A stretch of DNA of 47,244 nt from a virus (taxonomy: Duplodnaviria; Caudoviricetes): the IMG/VR virus record IMGVR_UViG_3300037760_000081, positions 1 through 47,244 of that record. One strand, given 5' to 3'. Every line of letters starts with the position of its first letter. Position 1 is the stretch's first letter. Both the position numbers and the translations under genes were made by a program. The notes beneath the pieces are model-generated. The model saw only the letters and a program-made list of their open reading frames with translations, had not been told where the DNA came from and searched no databases. Below, in pieces: positions 43,189-47,244 of the stretch.

Positions 43189-45099
43189 ATGAGAATCCCA
43201 GCTATGCTCCCGGGGAGCCTAGCCCGTAGGCTGGGCTCCGGTGACCTTTTCTCCCGGTCCGGTGTCGCGTACAACTATGCGATTGCCGGGCTGCCATTCA
43301 TGTCTGCGGCGTCACGGGACCGGCCGATCGTACGCGAAACGGCGCCGATCAGTAAGGAACAGTTCGACAACCAGCGGCTTCCCGGTGAGCAGACACTGGA
43401 GCACTGGTGGATCAGGTCTCAGCAGTCTTTTCATGGTGGCGCAGGGCAGGTGTTTGCCGACCCCACGGAGGACAACCCGTTTAATGCGATCAGGTTCCGC
43501 ACGTCTCGCAACGTTAACGTGTGGGCGCAGGGGGAGGTCAAGCTACTCAATGCCGTTGAGTCGGTTGACAATGGGACACCAACGCCGGGGTTGTTGGACG
43601 CGACCGAGTTTACGTTTGGCGACGGCGAGCACGCGGCGGCAGCCATCGACGCAACCGACATCCACTTTGTCACCTCCGGTGACTATGTAGCGCACACGCT
43701 GACCGTTACCACGTCTGCCGCAACGGTTACCTCTAACGGAACCCATCTGTTTGTGGCGGCACTGGACGGGGTTTGGTCTGCCCCGATCCCGGCGGATTTC
43801 AGCGCCGCGCCTTCGTGGACGAAGGAATACAACGTTTCTACGTCGGACCCGGTGTTCATGGCGTTTGTCAAACAGCGGCTCATTCTGGCGGTCGGTCCGG
43901 TGCTGTATCAGCTTGTGCCTCACCCGACCACGCCACCGGTAGCCTTGCCCACCCCCCTGTTTACCGAGGTAAACGACAGTTGGGAGTGGACTGGCATAAC
44001 GGAGGTTGCCGGCGCGATCCTGGTGGCGGGCAACGCGGACGGGGTTCGCGGGGCTATCCTGCGTCTCACCTTGGATGTTGACGGGGAGCTGCCGACACTC
44101 ACGTCGGCCGCGACGGCTGCCCAACTTCCCTCCGGTGAGGTGCCGCATTCCATCATGGGATACCTTGGCCGGTTCGTTGGCATCGGAACCAACAAGGGTG
44201 TCCGGGTCGGGGTGGCTGACTCCACCGGCAACATCGAGTACGGGCCGCTGCTGTTCGACACTACCGCGCCCGTACGCGCCTGGTCCGCCCGTGACCGGTT
44301 CCTTTGGTGCACTGTCAGTCGGGGCAACGAAGGTGACTCGGGGTTGTACCGTATCGACTTGTCAACGGAAATCGCCGATCTGCGGTTCGCCTACGCGACA
44401 GACCTGGTAGCCGGCGGGGACACGTCGGACTGTGTTGCCATTTCGCACCTGGGCGCATCGGATCAACTGTTCTTTGCGACCGCATCGGACGGTTATCGGG
44501 AGAATACCGGGGCGTTGGCCGTTTCGGGTACGTTGCAGACGAGTCGCATCCGGTTCAACACGATTGAGCCGAAAGTGTTCAAGCTGATCCGTGTCCGTGG
44601 TCCTGTGCTAAAAGGGCCGCTGACGATGCAAACGGTCGACCAGGGCGACAACATTGCCACCGGGCATACGTACAGTGCCGGGCGTTCACCGGGCGATTCC
44701 GACGTTAAGGTGGTCACACCTTCTGAGCCGGTGGATTTCATGTCGCTGTTGTTCACGTTCAACCGGACGTTGTTGTTGAATGGGCCGGTGCTCTGGGCCT
44801 ATCAGCTCAAGGCGTTGCCGGGTTCACCCCGCCAGAGGGTCATCCAGCTACCTCTTTGGTGTTTCGATTGGGAGGTTGACCGGCTGGGGCAACGGCGCGG
44901 CAGCGACGGTAGCGCCTGGCGGCGCATTCGGGCGTTGGAAGAGGTTGACGAGGCCAGCGATACTGTCGTGTTGCAGGATTTCGATATTGCGGAGAATGTC
45001 GAATGTGTGATCGAACGGTTAAACTTCGAGCAGACGGCACCCCCACCGAGCGCGGAGGGGTGGGGCGGGGTAATCACGCTGACGCTGCGGACCGTGTGA
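43189..45099 (+). CDS. Tail tubular protein B / nozzle (beta-propeller)
   Basis: KEQFDNQ...GEQTL..WWIRSQQSFHGGAG; IRFNTIEPK; 636 aa. Confidence 0.72.
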   Translation: MRIPAMLPGSLARRLGSGDLFSRSGVAYNYAIAGLPFMSAASRDRPIVRETAPISKEQFDNQRLPGEQTLEHWWIRSQQSFHGGAGQVFADPTEDNPFNAIRFRTSRNVNVWAQGEVKLLNAVESVDNGTPTPGLLDATEFTFGDGEHAAAAIDATDIHFVTSGDYVAHTLTVTTSAATVTSNGTHLFVAALDGVWSAPIPADFSAAPSWTKEYNVSTSDPVFMAFVKQRLILAVGPVLYQLVPHPTTPPVALPTPLFTEVNDSWEWTGITEVAGAILVAGNADGVRGAILRLTLDVDGELPTLTSAATAAQLPSGEVPHSIMGYLGRFVGIGTNKGVRVGVADSTGNIEYGPLLFDTTAPVRAWSARDRFLWCTVSRGNEGDSGLYRIDLSTEIADLRFAYATDLVAGGDTSDCVAISHLGASDQLFFATASDGYRENTGALAVSGTLQTSRIRFNTIEPKVFKLIRVRGPVLKGPLTMQTVDQGDNIATGHTYSAGRSPGDSDVKVVTPSEPVDFMSLLFTFNRTLLLNGPVLWAYQLKALPGSPRQRVIQLPLWCFDWEVDRLGQRRGSDGSAWRRIRALEEVDEASDTVVLQDFDIAENVECVIERLNFEQTAPPPSAEGWGGVITLTLRTV

Positions 45100-45710
45100 C
45101 CCCGGAACCGTTTCCGCTTCCCACCGGACACCTGTTTGGCCCGTCGCGGTTTCACTTGCACCACCATGACGGGCGTGCCCGGCTTGAGGGTGCGGCGCTG
45201 CGCAGGTGGCAGGCAAGGTTCTGCTCAGCGTGGCGGCGGCCGTGGATGCACCCCTCCGGGCTCTACGACGGCCACACGCAACGCGCGGTGGTGGAGGTGC
45301 AAGAACGGGCCGGCCTGTCCCGCACAGGGCTTCTGGGGCCGCGCGAGTGGGCGGCCGTGTGGACGCACACCCCCGCGCCCAAACCCCCACCGAAACCGCC
45401 GGAACGTAGGAAGTTGACCCGGCAGGAGCTACGGGAGCGGCGACGCTACTGGAAGCGGGTTTCAGAGTGGCAGGTGGAGCCTGGCACAAGCCCCGACGCG
45501 CCCGCCTGGTACCCGGGCAGGCCGTTCGGCCCCCGTCACGAGGGAGAGCACGTCAAGGCGGTCCAAGAGGTGTTGGGGTTTCATGTCTCCGGCCGGTTCC
45601 AGGTGGCTTTGGCACGCCGGGTCGCCGGCGTGCAGCGGGCACACGGGCTGCCGGAGTCTGGCGTTGTGGACGCCCGGACCGCGACCCTGATCGAGTCTCT
45701 GCGGAAATAG
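45096..45710 (+). CDS. Peptidoglycan-binding domain protein (two PGBD repeats)
   Basis: SGLYDGHTQRAVVEVQERAGLSRTGLLGPREW and VKAVQEVLG...VQRAHGLPESGVVDART. Confidence 0.75.
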   Translation: MTPEPFPLPTGHLFGPSRFHLHHHDGRARLEGAALRRWQARFCSAWRRPWMHPSGLYDGHTQRAVVEVQERAGLSRTGLLGPREWAAVWTHTPAPKPPPKPPERRKLTRQELRERRRYWKRVSEWQVEPGTSPDAPAWYPGRPFGPRHEGEHVKAVQEVLGFHVSGRFQVALARRVAGVQRAHGLPESGVVDARTATLIESLRK

Positions 45711-45759
45711 AAGAACGCCCCACCCGGAAATCCCTCATTCCCCGGGTGGGGCGTTCTTT
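45711..45759. terminator. Bidirectional intrinsic terminator
   Basis: AAGAACGCCCCACCCGG/CCGGGTGGGGCGTTCTT between convergent genes. Confidence 0.8.
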
Positions 45760-45880
45760 GGCGTCCTGGTGGAGGCGCTATCACACCCACCTGACGCCGC
45801 ACCCTCCGTTCCGGGAGAGTGCCGGGGGTTCGCATCGAGTTGATTCCCTTGTGGGGAAACCGCTCGGGGTTTCTCAGACG

Positions 45881-47083
45881 TTAAGCTACCCGTCGCCGGC
45901 TGAACAGGTCAACCACCGTAGCCAACGGTTCACTCGGTTGGGGGACCTCACGGCTAATTTGGTCATGGTTAGCCACAGATTGGCCATCGGGTTGTGAAAC
46001 CGGCTCAGGCTCAGGGTCCGGTGTCCCGAACCGCATCGCCTCGTCCAAAGCCGCATCCTCTTCGTTCCAACCGATGTAGCGCCTTGTCATCTCTGGCGTG
46101 GTGTGGTCCAAAAGCCGCTGCGCGGCGTGAATGCCCCAGTTGGCGGCAACCCACCTGCCGCCGGAACGGCGCAGCGTGTGACCGCCCTCCCCCGACAGGT
46201 CAACCTCGGGGCCGTAGAAGTCGCGCAAGACGCGCTGTATGGAGCGCGTGACGTTTTCCGGCGTCATGGGCTGATCCGGGTAAATGGGCCATGTGGCCCG
46301 CGCCTTCGTCACCCCGGCGGACAGGTGGTGGGTGTGCAGCTTCTTGGCCAGCACCGGCCAAGAAGGTTCGGGCTCGCCGTACAGCGGCACGAACCATGCC
46401 AGGTACGCCTCTAGCTCCCGCGCGATGACTGGCCCTATCGGCACCCGCCCCCCGGCCACGACCCGCCTCATCTTGACGTTGTAGAGCCGCGCCCACCCCT
46501 CGTCCCGATGGAGGTCTTCCCAGCGAATCGCAGCCAGGCTGGACGAACGCAACGCCCACCACAATCCCAGGGTCACCATGAGGCGGTCTCGGGGGTGAGC
46601 GGCACAGTCGATGACCTGGCCCCACTGTTCGTGGGGGATTCTCAGGTGGGTGGGTTGGTCGCGGCGCTCCCCCTCTTCCCGCTTGGCCTTGGTGGTGCTG
46701 ATTTCGTGCTCAGCTCGGAACCCCGGGTCGATCCACCCCTCCCGACGCAGCATTTCGACGAAGTACCGGAGCGTGCTCCGGTCCAGGGTTAGGGTGCTGC
46801 CCTTGCGTCCGGTGCGGGGACGACCCCGGTTGGTGACGACCCTTGCCGCCTGGGCGGCCGGTGACTCTCCCGTCCAGAGGTCCAGGATCGCGTCCTTGAT
46901 GTGGTGCGGGGTGAGGTTCCGGGTGGCGGTGTGCTCCCCCCGGGGGGCCTGCCGGGCGAGCGCGGCGAGGGTGCGCCGTTGGATGCGGATGGTGCCCGGG
47001 TCTAGCCCCCGGTCGGCTTCACCCCGCAGGAACGCCTCCGTGGCCTCGGCTAGGGTGACTTTGGGGATTGGGCGGCGTGCCAT
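45881..47083 (-). CDS. int: Tyrosine recombinase / integrase
   Basis: Catalytic R (ALRSS), K (NVKM), HxxR (GHTLRR), H (LLDH) and Y (TRRY); RBS AGGAGAGG. Confidence 0.9.
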   Translation of the reverse strand: MARRPIPKVTLAEATEAFLRGEADRGLDPGTIRIQRRTLAALARQAPRGEHTATRNLTPHHIKDAILDLWTGESPAAQAARVVTNRGRPRTGRKGSTLTLDRSTLRYFVEMLRREGWIDPGFRAEHEISTTKAKREEGERRDQPTHLRIPHEQWGQVIDCAAHPRDRLMVTLGLWWALRSSSLAAIRWEDLHRDEGWARLYNVKMRRVVAGGRVPIGPVIARELEAYLAWFVPLYGEPEPSWPVLAKKLHTHHLSAGVTKARATWPIYPDQPMTPENVTRSIQRVLRDFYGPEVDLSGEGGHTLRRSGGRWVAANWGIHAAQRLLDHTTPEMTRRYIGWNEEDAALDEAMRFGTPDPEPEPVSQPDGQSVANHDQISREVPQPSEPLATVVDLFSRRRVA

Positions 47084-47244
47084 GGCAACCTCTCCTAGTG
47101 TCGCGCTGGAAACGCAGGGTTGCCGTATGCCATCATATCAGACATACGGGAAAGTCGCGCAGAAACATGGAGTTCTCTGGGGTATCCCGACGTACCTGCA
47201 TCTACCAGGCAATATTGACGTTGGTGACTAGCAGTTTTGACCCT
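47050..47244. repeat. Terminal overlap copy 2 (matches 1..194)
   Basis: Direct comparison; one extra G. Confidence 0.95.

Overview
This window looks like a complete, circularly permuted ~47 kb high-GC phage genome. Its ends overlap by ~194 bp inside the integrase gene. The host is probably an actinomycete, possibly Micromonosporaceae (inferred from Lsr2, the LPXTG tail and codon use). The late module is podovirus-like: lysin, holin, terminase, portal, large internal virion proteins, scaffold, capsid and tail tube A/B, with no obvious tape measure or siphovirus tail cassette. It also carries a tyrosine integrase and a replication/recombination block (split Cas4-like nuclease, RNA ligase, DnaB-like helicase, resolvase, split primase). 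I found no recognisable DNA polymerase or cI repressor. Main oddities: (1) the terminase gene is interrupted by TTA-TAG-C-TTA, a matched rare-codon take-off/stop/landing layout suggesting a 7-nt translational bypass; (2) a 12.3-17.9 kb array of about 12 mostly one-gene units, most preceded by a structured ~55-nt hairpin (often starting at the upstream stop codon) and a GGGAGGGTTAGCAATG start motif; (3) a 15-nt antisense copy of that motif in a structured late-region intergenic; (4) perfect CRP boxes at two divergent promoter regions; (5) an initiator-like tRNA-Met and a second tRNA-like fold; (6) a sortase-anchored surface protein and a double-DBD Lsr2. All function calls come from motif recognition by eye; no searches were run.
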